A stretch of 61,922 nt of DNA, filler included, from Nemertoderma westbladi (lineage: Eukaryota; Animalia; Xenacoelomorpha), in the NCBI GenBank assembly GCA_032718475.1. It is 3 parts of 3 records of this genome, joined end to end, with 100 filler letters (N's around TTAATTAATTAA, not from the genome) between each part and the next. Parts side by side here need not be neighbours in the genome. Positions count along the whole stretch, not along the records: positions 20,305 to 33,686 come from JAUCBJ010005007.1; positions 33,787 to 61,922 come from JAUCBJ010000568.1; 1 more part is not named here. One strand, written 5' to 3'. The position numbers were made by a program, and so were the translations under genes. The number at the start of each line of letters is the position of its first letter. The stretch's first letter is position 1. The notes beneath the pieces were generated by a model. That model ran no database searches. It was not told the DNA's origin and saw only the letters and a program-made list of their open reading frames with translations. Shown here piece by piece: positions 24,215 through 36,949 of the stretch.

Positions 24215-25190
24215 GAAGCTCAGGTAAGGCCCTTCTCCTACTCTCACCAGATGGCGAAATTGAGTTCCAATCCTGGCTGGCGTACTGCAAGGTGACACGT
24301 TGGCGCAATTACTATGTACAGTAATTGTGCTGGATTACCCAATGAGGACGGCCACAAAGGGTCAAGATCTGGGATTCACACTACAAGAACGCAGAAGTTG
24401 TAGATATCCGGCAACTACTGTACAGTCACAGACACCGACTTTGCGGATGACATCGCCATACGCTAGCAGATGCACAGCTTCTACTAAATAAAGTGGAGTG
24501 GCTGCTAAGGAGGTTGGATTGCATATAAATGCTACAAAGACCGAATTCATGACCTTTAATGTTGTGTTGATGGGAACTTAAGACAACCATTGATAATAAT
24601 CAACTAAGGAAGGTCGATGACTTACAGTACCTTGGATAATGGATAGAGAGTAGCAAAAAGGACATAGAAGTTAGGAAAGCAAAGGCTTGGGTAGCTCTAT
24701 CAAAAATGGATACCATCTGGAAATCACATCTCTCCAGGCACCTGAAGACTAAGTTCTTTCGAGCCACAGTGGAAAGTGTATTTTTATACGGGGGTGAGAC
24801 CTGGACACTGACTAAATCACTTGGACAACGAATTGATGTTTGCCTTACAAGACTACTAAGGGCAGCCCTAAACATCAGCTGAAGACAACACATGACAAAC
24901 GCCGAGCTTTATGGTACAATACCACCTGTATCAACCACCCTCCGTGAACGCAGATTAAGATTCAGTGGGCACTGCTGGCGAAGTAAAGACGAGGTCATAC
25001 CAGATCTACTTCTCTGGCAACCAACTCATGGAAAGCGTAGTCGTGGACGACCAGCCATAACATATATAGATCTACTTGAAAGGGATACTGAACTTGGGAG
25101 AAACGAAATTGCGACAACTATGGAGAATCGGGAAGCCTCGAAGGATCTCATTTCCACTGCCCGAGTTCGCTCGAACTAGTAGTAGTAGTA
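24215..25190 (+). mobile_element. RTE LINE (family B), 5'-truncated and decayed, with (TAG)n tail
   Basis: GVLQGDTLA-like and DFADDI motifs; RRLRFSGHCWR..LLLWQPTHGKRSRGRP; tail tagtagtagtag. Confidence 0.85.
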
Positions 25191-26292
25191 AAACAAACAA
25201 TATTGTAGAACGAAAGAGAAATATAAACAAGAAAACTAAAGAAAAGTGATAAATAAACAATTTTACATGTTTTTGACAAACCGCTCTTCTATAGTAAGTG
25301 ATGTGATATTATGGTTTTGTTCAGATATTTAAAAAAGGACGAAGCACGACACCGGGGGTTGAACCAGCGCTATACGTCAACCCTATACGTTATCTTTCAG
25401 TTACGTTACATTACCTATCAGGCCTCATCAGTGGCAGTAATCAGTTCAGTCACTTGCCCGTGACACTCTCCCATAATCCACCTCTATCGAATAGGCAGGT
25501 TTAAGTTTCATATCCTATCTCTAGCAACTGACCTACCGGGCCTCAAGTGTATTACAGTGAATGATACATAATAATTATAAACTCTGTAATAAATTCGTAA
25601 CTCATCATATTTTGTGAATTTTCACATTTAAACAAAATTTAAATTTTCACAGTTAAAATATCTCTTTATGGTATGTTTGTTCATCATATTTTATAAAAAA
25701 AATTTTCCTTAAAGAAGCTTTGTTGGGAGGTGTTACTGGGATCAGTTACCGGGGTAGCTGGATACCTCCCCCTCGGAGATGAAATCTAGGTTAATGTAAC
25801 ATTTCGGTGTAATTACAACACTGGTGTTACATGGCGGAACAAATTGTTATAGGAATCGGAAATCACCGCTCAAGGGTGCTGTGCTGATTGGCTGATATCG
25901 AGCGTTACATTGTGGGACAAGTGTTACAGGAATGGACATCATTTTTTCTCAATTATTTGTTACCATGAGGTCGGGGCTATTGGGAAATCACCACGATTGA
26001 ATTCAGCGCATCGAGAGCTTTCTGGTGATATACAATATTACATACTTGGGGCAACTACTTTATTTTTTAACAAAAATATGATGTTATTTGGCCACTTTTT
26101 GTGAGATTTTGTTGAGCCTTGGTCAATTCAAATATAATTTTTAATACCGTTTCAGGCTGTAAAATACTGAAATGTATACAAAATTTGGAGAAATTTCATA
26201 CTGCACCTACCGAATTTTGTAAAAACACCCGTTGCTAAGTTCATAATGATGAACTATAATACAAAATTAATTTATTATTCCTAAAAGTAGCG

Positions 26293-26732
26293 AGAAAAAA
26301 ATCATTTATTTAAGATAAATTATTTTTTTCTCTCTACTTTTAAATAAATTAACTTTTTACGCAAAATAATTATTAAGTTTAGCGAAAAAAAGTGTTAGTA
26401 TATCGTGTTTTACTACTAATTGAATACCATACTTGGAGTGGAGGTTTAATTACCGGCAACATATTATCCTCTTATACAGTATGTAATAGTTGCAATATTT
26501 TTTAACAAAAAATTCTTATGATTATCTTACAATATGAATAGAATACAAAAAACGACAGTACACTGCAACTACTACCATGGTAACAATATAATATTAATTA
26601 TAAGAGGTTAAAATGTTGGAGGTAAATTAAACCTACAAGTATGGTATTCAATTAATAATTGTTTTGCGTAAAAAGTTAATTTATTTAAAAGTAGAGAGAA
26701 AAAAATAATGTATTCTAAATAAATGATTTTCT
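26293..26732. repeat. Foldback/MITE-like inverted repeat with ~180-bp imperfect arms
   Basis: aaaatcatttattt..ttctctctacttttaaataaattaactttttacgcaaaa..ttgaataccatacttg mirrored at ~26600-26730. Confidence 0.8.
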
Positions 26733-27656
26733 ATTCATCTATTGATCGCTAATAACTCGGTTATTCCTTGATGAAATTAAACGAAACTTGGTATGTATGT
26801 AGCCCGTCAAAAGTTTAGAAAGAATCTGAAGTTTCGTCAAAAACGAACGAACGCAACGAGGCACAGAGGAGGACGAGTATTGTGTTGAAGACTTCTGACT
26901 AACGGCAGACAACTCGTTAATGGTACCCATATGCTAAAGGCTTTGCTCACTTCGTGCTGCGCGAAGACCCCACGAACGTGTATCTTTTATGTTCAATACA
27001 TACTCAAAATAAGAAAAAAACAATCAATCATCTAATGTTTTGGAGGCGTTCTCTACTAAATAGATGCTTGCGGTTCGAATGAACCTGTTGTCAATGCAAG
27101 TGATGTACTTGAAGTTGGTTAATAAATAAGTGTCCAATTAGATCCACGTTCCACGATCACGTTAGATCCAATTTTACAAAAACAACTCTTGACATTGCTA
27201 GTATATTACAACAAATTTAATTATTTATTAATGTCTAAAATAATAAAAACACTTTCAGTTTTACTACCTAACCAAACTAGTACTGCAGACAGTTACTTAG
27301 CACAATGGTTACATAGTTACTGTTAAATAATACCGGTACCGTAATATATAATAATAGTAACATAGTAAACCTAACAAAGTATTATTAAAGATAATAAATT
27401 GACATCGATTGTACAAGAAGGCTAACACCTCGTCACATTTTGCTATTATTGTTAAAGTTTCCATGAAATAATGTTCTTACGATCGTCCGTAGACCTTTTC
27501 ATATCCTGAGAGCAACTTGCGATAGGATACCATCATCGTGTCAATTTCGAAGAGGATAGGACACCATCGACCATGTAAGCATTGATAATCTGCCATGGTT
27601 TACAATTGAAATCTATATAATGCGATGGGAAGTATAAAAACTTACATCTTACAATC

Positions 27657-29906
27657 TTACACGAATAAATTTTGAAGATAATTCAGCCTCTCATCTAACT
27701 GTTCAACAGAAACATCACGTAGTTCTCTGGGTAAGTCGTCTAAATGGGCTGCGCGAGAACAAACTGTATACAGAGCTTGGTCCATTTCCAGGGTCCACTT
27801 TATACCTGTTTGTTGTCCGTTTCCTGCGAGGTAATTATACGCGTGTCTCAGACTACCGGTAAACATATGTATCGTGCGTGCGGCTTTATCCACCGAGGTG
27901 CCAGCCGCTTCCGCCAACTTTTTCGTTAGATTAAGAACTCGTTGCTGGGATACTGAAAAAGAAGTTTGCGAACTATTGCAATGGAAATGATAATCTATCA
28001 GTGGCTGTTTGTTGGTTTGCAGTGGCGGCGCTTTGGGTAGTTTCTTTGTGGCAATAACTGATGGGCTGTTTCTCTCAGGGGAAGTTTGGTTGAGTAGCGG
28101 GGAGGCGATTTGGTGGTTCGTCGGGGTTACCTGAAGCGCCTGAGAGACTTGTTGGTACGTCTGGGGGACGACTTGTTGGGACGTTTGGGTGACTTGATGG
28201 GCCGCCTGGAGGACTTGAAGTGTCTGAGGGACTTGTGGCGACGTCTGGGTTACTTGATTGGATGTTTTGGTGGATAGATGGGAAGTTTGGGAGATTTGAT
28301 GGGACTTTTGGGAGACTTCACAGTCAGTTTCTCGAAAATTCCTGGTCCTATATGGACTGACAGAACCGGATGGAGATTTATCACTGACTGATAATTTAGA
28401 TGCACATTTGCCTGAGTGCCGGACGGGGGAATCACAAAATGACTTCTGAGTGTCACCGATATTTGACGGTTTCTGATCGGGGGAGGGAATAAGGAATGAA
28501 AGATCATCATCAGAATCATCAGACAGTGGGAAGGCTTTCTTTCTTTTCCTCATCGGGTTAATGGTGGAGGCAATAGATGCTCCGACCTCAGTCTCTTCCA
28601 CTGGGTTGCTGGAGTCGCTGTCCACCTCACAGATATCCTGTGTACCAGATCCCAGGATGTTTACCCCGAGAATACAGTCCATTGCAATCCCGTCGTCACT
28701 ACCCTGCAGACTGGAGGGAACTACAGACTCGATGGAATCCTCCAAGTTGGTCTGAACGTCCCCGCAACTGGTGGAGGGAACTGCATCGGAAGATTCATTC
28801 CTTATAGACGGACAAATTCTAAAGCTTTTCCGACACCGCAAAGGGTGTTTAGATTTTCTATTTGAAATCGCGTTATTATGTTCTGTTTCACCGTCACGAT
28901 CATCAGTGTTCATTAAATTATCATCACCTTTATGAGTATTATTAGGTATCTCGACCTCTTCTATATCCCCGTTAATTATGTTATTCAAAAGATCGGGCTG
29001 ACTTTCAGCTGGAACCCCCTGTTCCCCTTGCACATCACTTTGTCCCTCGTGCAGACAACCTCTTCCACCCGGGGGATCACCCAGGCCCCCAGACAGATGA
29101 GGTCTCCGCCTAGGAGACAGCTCCCCTCCGCCCTCGAGAATATTCTTCATGAAGACACTAGAATTTTCGGTAAGTTTGCGAACCTCAGGTGGGAGTCGGT
29201 GTTGGACTCGATTGCGGACACTTTTCGTTTGGGGGGACTTAATTAGGCCTACCTTAGTTAGCCGATGATATTGGTTATTGTAATTAATTGTGGTTCTATG
29301 GTTACCTTTGTCTGCATCGTCAACCAATCGTACGACCGATTTCAACGACGAATTCCCCAATAATCCTCTACTATCTGAGGATACCAGGGACGTTTTGTCC
29401 CCTAAAGCACTGCCCATCAGTGGCATTTTGGCGCGGTTTGGTTCCTTAGTTGGTGGATTTTGCAATTTAAAGATTTCTTTATCACTTTTCGGATCATCTG
29501 GATTTTCATTACAATCTACTCTCTCACCTTGAACCCGAAACTGCTTCTTGTTACTTTCCCTACCAGTAGGTTTAATCAGAAATTGTTGTGTTCTTAGATT
29601 CCTCTTTCCTTGCCTGGACTCGAGTTTACAATGGACAACATCCTTCATAAATACACTAGAAACTTCAGTGAGTTTCCTTATTTCGGAGCACAATCTAATC
29701 TTGGACAAATCTTTCGTTACTATGTCATGATAATTATTAGGAGTATTATTACTAGTAGACTTTGGTGTGGATGTAGACGGACTCACGGTAGGATTGAACC
29801 TTACCGTGTCATTGTTAGGTGAAAATGATGAATCGAGATGTGATTGACAAGAAAAAAATTGTGAATTTGTTGAACCACCAGATGGGGGGGAAGGAGTTAA
29901 TTCCAT
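27657..29906 (-). CDS. 749-aa largely disordered protein with a C-terminal Rap1 (TERF2IP) RCT-like domain
   Basis: Long uninterrupted ORF; C-terminal ~90 aa (KKLAEAAGTSVDKAARTIHMFTGSLRHAYNYLAGNG..KWTLEMDQAL..VEQLDERLNYL) match the Rap1_C pattern A....sG.l..A..yL..G....W+..dD.aL...R..fL; no BRCT or Myb domain seen. Confidence 0.68.
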   Translation of the reverse strand: MELTPSPPSGGSTNSQFFSCQSHLDSSFSPNNDTVRFNPTVSPSTSTPKSTSNNTPNNYHDIVTKDLSKIRLCSEIRKLTEVSSVFMKDVVHCKLESRQGKRNLRTQQFLIKPTGRESNKKQFRVQGERVDCNENPDDPKSDKEIFKLQNPPTKEPNRAKMPLMGSALGDKTSLVSSDSRGLLGNSSLKSVVRLVDDADKGNHRTTINYNNQYHRLTKVGLIKSPQTKSVRNRVQHRLPPEVRKLTENSSVFMKNILEGGGELSPRRRPHLSGGLGDPPGGRGCLHEGQSDVQGEQGVPAESQPDLLNNIINGDIEEVEIPNNTHKGDDNLMNTDDRDGETEHNNAISNRKSKHPLRCRKSFRICPSIRNESSDAVPSTSCGDVQTNLEDSIESVVPSSLQGSDDGIAMDCILGVNILGSGTQDICEVDSDSSNPVEETEVGASIASTINPMRKRKKAFPLSDDSDDDLSFLIPSPDQKPSNIGDTQKSFCDSPVRHSGKCASKLSVSDKSPSGSVSPYRTRNFRETDCEVSQKSHQISQTSHLSTKTSNQVTQTSPQVPQTLQVLQAAHQVTQTSQQVVPQTYQQVSQALQVTPTNHQIASPLLNQTSPERNSPSVIATKKLPKAPPLQTNKQPLIDYHFHCNSSQTSFSVSQQRVLNLTKKLAEAAGTSVDKAARTIHMFTGSLRHAYNYLAGNGQQTGIKWTLEMDQALYTVCSRAAHLDDLPRELRDVSVEQLDERLNYLQNLFV

Positions 29907-30619
29907 ACCGGTACCTGATATAACATACAGTAAATGTATGCCGGTGTTTTGTTTATTTTAATATTTCGTATTGCAGATGAATGTCAATGTGTTGCAGTTG
30001 CAGTCTTGCAGGGCCCTACCCAGCAACCGGAACTGGTCTAATGCTGAATGATCAATGATGTAATGCTGTAAATGTGTAATGTCAGAATGTAGAAGCATAC
30101 CGGTAGGCTGATAGTAGTACAGTAGTAGTACAGCACAGCAGTACGTGTTCAGACTTCAGACAAACAGTAGGCTACTGGCAGACTGATAACATAACATTTT
30201 CTTGACTCTAGTGGAAAAATGGTAGCCTATGCTACAGGCTAAACAATCCCTTCAGCCCTTGGCTACTTAACTTTGTAGGCCCCTACAACTGCCCTATCAC
30301 AGTATCACCTACATCCAGACATCTCAGCATCTGACTATTACCATTACCTACAGGTACATCATAGTACTGTAGTAAGGTTATGTTACAGTTAGAGCTGAGC
30401 TTCATACAAATGTAAACAAGTCCCTAAAAGGCAGAAAGGTGCCACCCTGCTCCATAGCGCGGGAAATTCAAATGATTGAAAGACATGTAATTTGTACTGG
30501 AAAGGGTGGCAGACAAGGTCGGCCCTTTCATTCCAAAACCCAGTATCCCCAAATTCAACAGGAATTTATTTACCAGAATTTACTTATTACTCATGAATTG
30601 AGGCAGTCTTTGATAGGCC

Positions 30620-30900
30620 TACTGGGTTTTGATGAAACTTTTTTGGAGATACTGGGTTTTGATATTAAACTTTTTGGAGATACTGGGTTTTGATATTAAA
30701 CTTTTTGGAGATACTGGGTTTTGATATTAAACTTTTTGGAGATACTGGGTTTTGATATGAAACTTTTTGGAGATACTGGGTTTTGATATGAAACTTTTTT
30801 GGAGATACTGGGTTATGATATTAAACTTTTTGGAGATACTGGGTTTTGATATTAAACTTTTAATTTGGAGATACCGGTACTGGGTTTTGATATGAAACTT
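30620..30900. repeat. ~31-bp tandem repeat, ~9 copies
   Basis: tactgggttttgatattaaactttttggaga units. Confidence 0.93.
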
Positions 30901-31865
30901 TATCTCCAAAAAGTCCAAAAAACTTCTCCAAAAAACTTTTTGGCAAACCTTTGTTTCAATTAATTCAAGCTATTATTATTCTCGAACCTTTTTAAGACAT
31001 TGTTCATCTGTGCAAGCTGTTGTTTTCCCTTGTTGCACCCAATTAACTTAGAACTGCAATACAGTAATACTAATAATACTACATAATAGGCCTACAGTAA
31101 TAGAGTTCACTACTACAGTAGAGTACAGTACAGCAGTAATACAGTAGGTGACCATGCTGCCATGTGCTGGCGCTGGGCCTAGCATAGCGTTAGCGAACAA
31201 TTTCTTAGCGGCGTCGCGTCTGCTTGTATGGCATTCAAGGCAAAAATGCTCGGTTGTATAGAGAAACAGAAACCTCTTAAAGTGTAACTACCAGTACTGT
31301 TGTACTGTAAATATGGATTCTGGGTCAGGCATCTTCATCCGAATTTATTGGACTTACTCTAACAATCTCCATCATCGGTCCCGGTCCATCCAGCCATCCA
31401 TCAGTGATCAGTCAATGATGAGAGGATGAACGTTCCGAGATTATTTTGGCTCTATCGCCGTCTTTTTTATTTGGTTTAAAGGTTTAATCTGTCCAACCGA
31501 TAATTTTTCCTTTGGACGCCAGACGCCATAAAGCGCGCACCCCAGTTAGTAGGAATCGTTCAATGTCTAGTCCTAGTCCCAGAATCCTAGAACCGGTAAA
31601 ACGGGTATATTCTACACTGCAGTCACTGCATAGCTGAGCTGAATTGGTATCAATTCGGGAATTCAAAAATCCCGCTCTGTGATTTACATAGTAACAGAAA
31701 CAGAGAGCAGCCCAACAGGATACTGGGATATTTCTATAATTATGACGTTTAATTTTCAATTTTCGCTGAACAAATATAGGCCTAAACTATTGTTTTCTGT
31801 TGTACCTACCCTGTTGTTCACATCTATCTACTGATCTACGACTGCCGCGGTGACTTCAAAAATAA

Positions 31866-31931
31866 ATGGAAGAAAATTTGGAATTGGTGAGACACAGCGG
31901 CGGATGCCATTGTGGCGCAGTTCGTTTCCAG
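31866..31931 (+). CDS. CENPV: CENP-V / GFA-domain protein, exon 1
   Basis: MEENLELVRHSGGCHCGAVRFQ followed by a GTGAGT donor; splices in phase 0 to 33339. Confidence 0.88.
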
Positions 31932-33338
31932 GTGAGTATGCATTGTAGTGTCTACTGTATAGAGATCTATAGTCTGATTTGTTTGTACTACAAAAATATA
32001 TACATTCAGTACTATATATTACTTGAATAAATTTGCCAATGGTTAACTTAATTACTTTGTATATATACTGTAGTTTGTTCGAACTTGTACAGTACATATG
32101 GACAATACACACTCCATACTGTACAGTCCGAAATTCCCAGAGTTTTTCTTGTAAAAGGCTTAGGAACTTTGATAAATATGGCGAATGGCTACTTTAATTA
32201 CAAATTTCAAAAAAATATTGATTTTCTTCGTGTGAAACATCCTCATCTTGTGCAATACTGTATCTCAACACCTTCTCAGGGTAGTAATTATTGTAAAATA
32301 GAGAGAGTATATTTTTTTATGGTCTATTATAATGCATCATTGAATGGTGTTTCCAAATCTGAAAACCGCTATTTAATAGCTCTTTTAGTTTTCAAGTTAT
32401 GTAAATTTCCATTTAGGGAATCCTATTGAAATTACTTTTACTATGTATAATGAAAGGTCGATTATCTCCAAATATTTTTTTCATGAAATTGTCAACTTCA
32501 AAACCCTACTACTTCTACAATTTTTGAGTAATTAGTCTGAAACTTCCTGTGGGTGTCTAGATAGCCACCCTGCATAAAAGTATCGGAAATTTTTTGTTAA
32601 TAAAATTTAATACTATTTATAAAAAACCTAAAAATTTGCATAAATTTGCAGCGCCACCTAGCGGTGCAGAATTATTTTCACAAAATTTCGCCTAATATTT
32701 ATGTTGCCTCATCTTTGATCTATCATATAAAAAAACTTTTATGTGATTAGGTTCAAAACTGTAAAAGCCTTAGGGTTTAAGCGCAACCAAGTTTTTTTTA
32801 TTGTTAACTAGTATTAACTAATATTAAATAGTGAAAAAAAAAATTTTCTGACCTGTCATGTAGAATAGCATCTTAGGCACCAATATGCCAAATTTTAGCC
32901 AAAACCAAACAATTTTGAAACGCTGAGAGTGATAAATCGAAAGGTTGACGGAAAATGGTGTCCCCCCCCCCCCCCCCCCCCCCCCCTTAAAGTGAAATAA
33001 ATAAAAAACCGTGTACCGAGTAATACCACCGGTAGCCGTAGGTACTGATGTACCTGTACGCCTATACTGTATGTTAAGTAAGTATGTTCAATTTTCCACC
33101 CATCACGTTTTTTCCATCCACACCGACTATTAGTATAAGGAAATTTCTTCACCCACCACGTCTATTCGGGACTCCAGAGTACTTGCTTAAAGTGTCGCTT
33201 TGGTGGGTCTCTGTTTACCACGGAGACATGACGTGACGTACTGTGCTCACGAAGATATAATTCACTTATTTAATTACATATGTAACTCTTTGTCAAATAC
33301 AATATAAGCAATTTCAGGAATGGACAGTTTCTCTACAG

Positions 33339-33541
33339 GTTGAGGCTCCAAAAAACTTGGAATGTGTTGATTGCAATTGTTCGATTTGTACAAAAAAGCA
33401 AAACCGCCACTTTATTGTACCGGAGAGTCGGTTTCATCTTCTGCGAGGCCGCGAAAGTATAACTTCTTATACTTTCGGTCAGAATATTGCCAAACATACA
33501 TTCTGCAAAGTCTGTGGTGTTCAGAGTTTCTATACCCCAAA
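33339..33541 (+). CDS. CENPV: CENP-V / GFA-domain protein, exon 2
   Basis: CAG acceptor; VEAPKNLECVDCNCSICTKKQNRHFIVP..YTFG..AKHTFCKVCGVQSFYTP; GTGAGT donor; later exon(s) not found in the window. Confidence 0.92.
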
Positions 33542-33686
33542 GTGAGTTAAAATTATGTTATTAAATATTATTATATTATACACACACATTAGTGAAGGTT
33601 GTTGGAATTCAATAATATTTTCATTTGGTGCAGAAATAATTTGAGTTGTAGGGAAATACTTTATTAATCCAATCAATATGCAATAC

Positions 33687-33786
33687 NNNNNNNNNNNNNN
33701 NNNNNNNNNNNNNNNNNNNNNNNNNNNNNNTTAATTAATTAANNNNNNNNNNNNNNNNNNNNNNNNNNNNNNNNNNNNNNNNNNNN
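33687..33786. other. Scaffold gap (100 bp) with TTAATTAATTAA spacer
   Basis: N-run with the same artificial linker. Confidence 0.97.
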
Positions 33787-36600
33787 CTCTCGCAGTTTCG
33801 TTAAAAACTATGATGAATTTAAAGACATATTATCGGGCATTACAACCAATTTAATAGTGGGAATTACTGAGACTTGGTTAAAAAGGAAGCACTCAAATCG
33901 GTCCGTAAATTTACAGGGCTATACTCTTTATCGACAAGATAGGAAACGAAAAAAGGGTGGAGGAGTATTACTTTATGTTCCCGATAATATGACTCTTAAA
34001 CCACGTCCAGATCTATTAAATAATAACAAAGTCCGCTATGAATCTGGATGGGTAGAAGTAGTTAGCAAATACTTAGTTAACATTGTCTACAACCCACCCA
34101 CCTCTCCCAACTCAAAGGATTTTATACCGGATTATAGCGATTACCCAAAGACTGAAATATTAATAGGGGGTGACTTCAATATTGACATTCTAAACACCAA
34201 TGACAAATACACAACAGAATTTAATGATCTCACCAACAAATATAACCTAGTAATATTAAATAAAACAGTCCCTACACGGTATGGAACAACCAAGAATTCA
34301 CTACTAGACCTTATTATAACAACTAAAAGTAATGAAACAAATATTAATGATACTACAATACTTTACTGTAACTTCTCTGACTATGAAGATGTAATTGCAA
34401 ATATAGACTACAACACTCGTGAAAAAAACAAACGAAAAGAAAAGACACACATATAGGGACTTCAAAGGATTTTCTAATACTAATTTTATCAAAGATATTG
34501 CAAAAATTGAGTGTAAACCAATATATAATAGCGTAGATGTGAACTTTTAACCTTAACTATGTAGAGAGGCAAATCGAGTTAACACTTGATAAGCATGCCC
34601 CTTTTAAAACAATATTAATTAATGAAAATAAAAAACCCAGCCATAATCCAGCATGGTTGACTAATGAACTCAACGAGCTTACGAAAGACAAACTGAAAAA
34701 ACTTCATATATGGCGAGCAACAAAATTAGAAACAGATGTAAAAAAAATTTAAAATGGCGAGAAATAAATCTAACACTTGAACAGCTTCCTAAAAAATAAA
34801 TACATGAAAAATAAATTCCAGAACAATAACAATGCGAAGTCAAGATGGAACATAAGAAATGCTATCATTAATAAACACAAAAATTCTGGCTACGTACAAC
34901 GCATTCGCGATGGCAATAGTATAATCCAATCTAATAGTAAAGTAATCGCTAATATATTTAATAAGGTATATTTAAAATTATGTACTACGGCTGGCATCAG
35001 ACATGACAAAGGACTATTACAAAAGGCAAACTCTAAGACAACAAAAACAAATGATAATACCATAAACATAACCCAAAATAAAAACACAAACCCAACACCA
35101 TTCACATTTTCAAATATCACACAGTTAGATATGCTGGATGTACTTGATAAACTAAACAGAAATAAACCAAATAGACCATCTACTATTCCACCTAAAATAA
35201 TAAAATTTATTAGACTCCAACTTGTTTCTCCGTTAACTCATATAATTAACCAATGTCTTACAATGTCAGAATTTCCAGAAAACCTAAAATTAACTGAAAT
35301 AACACCAGTCTTTAAAAAAGGTGATGTTCTTGACCCAGAAAACTATCGCCCGATATCTGTAACGTCTACAATAGAAAAAATATTCGAAAAAATAATACTT
35401 ATTCAACTAATGTCATTTATAAACTCTAATAAGCTAATAAATAAAAAACAGTTTGGTTTTTTTAGGAAAGGATTCTCAGCCTCTGATGCAATAGTATATA
35501 CAACTGAAACATGGAAAGTACAATTAGATACCGGTAACAATAAATACGTAGGGGTGTAGCAGTAGCAGCACTAGATTTAGCCAAAGCCTTCAATTCATTA
35601 GACCATGTCACACTACTAAATAAATGAGCAACATTAGGATTAGACAATACTGCAATAACTCTAATTAAAAACTTTCTAAAAGACAGACCACAAAGGGTAA
35701 AATTAAACGGGACCACATCAGACTGGGAAATTCTAAATAGGGGCATTCCGCAGGGGACACAGCTCGGGCCTATATTAGTTCTGTTATAAGTTAATTGCAA
35801 CTGCAAACGATACACTAATATTTTACTCACATACAGACGCTAAAATTGCTACAGAAACACTGGCACACCAAATAGATGATCTAGAAAACATATTCTCTAA
35901 AATGCACCTTTATTTGAATACAAAAAAGACAGAATTCATGCCAATTTCACCAAAAATGAGCACATCGGAAACTAACAGAATACAATTAAATACTATTGAA
36001 TTAGAACAATCGTCTACAATAAAATATCTAGGTGTCTTGATCAACAATAACTGGATTGGAAAGAACAAATTACATCAACTTCAAACAAATTGAGTTATGC
36101 AATTTCTTGTCTACGTAGGATTAAAGGCCAACTTACAGTTAAAACAAAACTCAATATATTTAAAGCAACTGTTCTACCTTATCACAACTACTGTAGCAAT
36201 TTACTATTACCATTACATAATAAACACGGGTTACGAGTTGTCTTCAGTAAACCAATAAGAGATATGACGGGCACCCAATTACGTACACTAGCTAAGCTAC
36301 CTAATCTATACTCACTACGACAATATACAGGGCTTAATTTCTTCTACCGATACATTAACAACCTATCCTTGCCTTTTGCTACACTCAATTACCATACCTT
36401 CTAAATAAAAAATATAATGAAAAAATACAAAATAATCGAACGGGAAATATAAAATTACCAAAAACAAATAACAATTATGGCCACACCAGTATCATGATAG
36501 AATTAATTAAAATTTGGAACCAACTTGAAACACTTACAAAGCAACTTACCGAACATAAACATTATAAGAAAATCATTCAAATAAAAATTTAACTCACTAC
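33787..36600 (+). mobile_element. Decayed CR1/L2-group LINE ORF2 (APE endonuclease + RT) with frameshifts and stops
   Basis: GITETWL, DRKRKKGGGVLLYV, GGDFNID, LLDLII; RT NYRPIS, QFGF, DLAKAFNSLDH, GIPQGTQLGP, KYLGV. Confidence 0.88.
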
Positions 36601-36949
36601 AATCGATATGAGGAAATTAATTAAATCAACATGATCTGGAGTGGCGCAAGCGAGAACTGTTGATTCTGTGTCCCTGTCCGAGTCGTACAGTAGTTATTTC
36701 CCGGTCTACTGTAGTATTGTGTACTGTAGTTCGGCGGGCCTGACCCTGCTGTGGAACTTTGACACGTATTTCCTCTATTATCAGCTAAAGTACTTCAATG
36801 TGCGGTGCTGCCTCGTATTTTACCTATATATGAGTACCGGAAATATACGAAGTTTTATTATTATTAATATTATAAGTTTGATTATTCGATGCACACAGAT
36901 CCTTTGATATTTTCCCACATTTAATATGTAATAACTATAAAAAAAAGAT

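Noticed and set aside
32110-32990. Possible Kolobok-like element ending CCCCTTAA in CENP-V intron 1
   Set aside because: A matching left TIR and TSD could not be identified.
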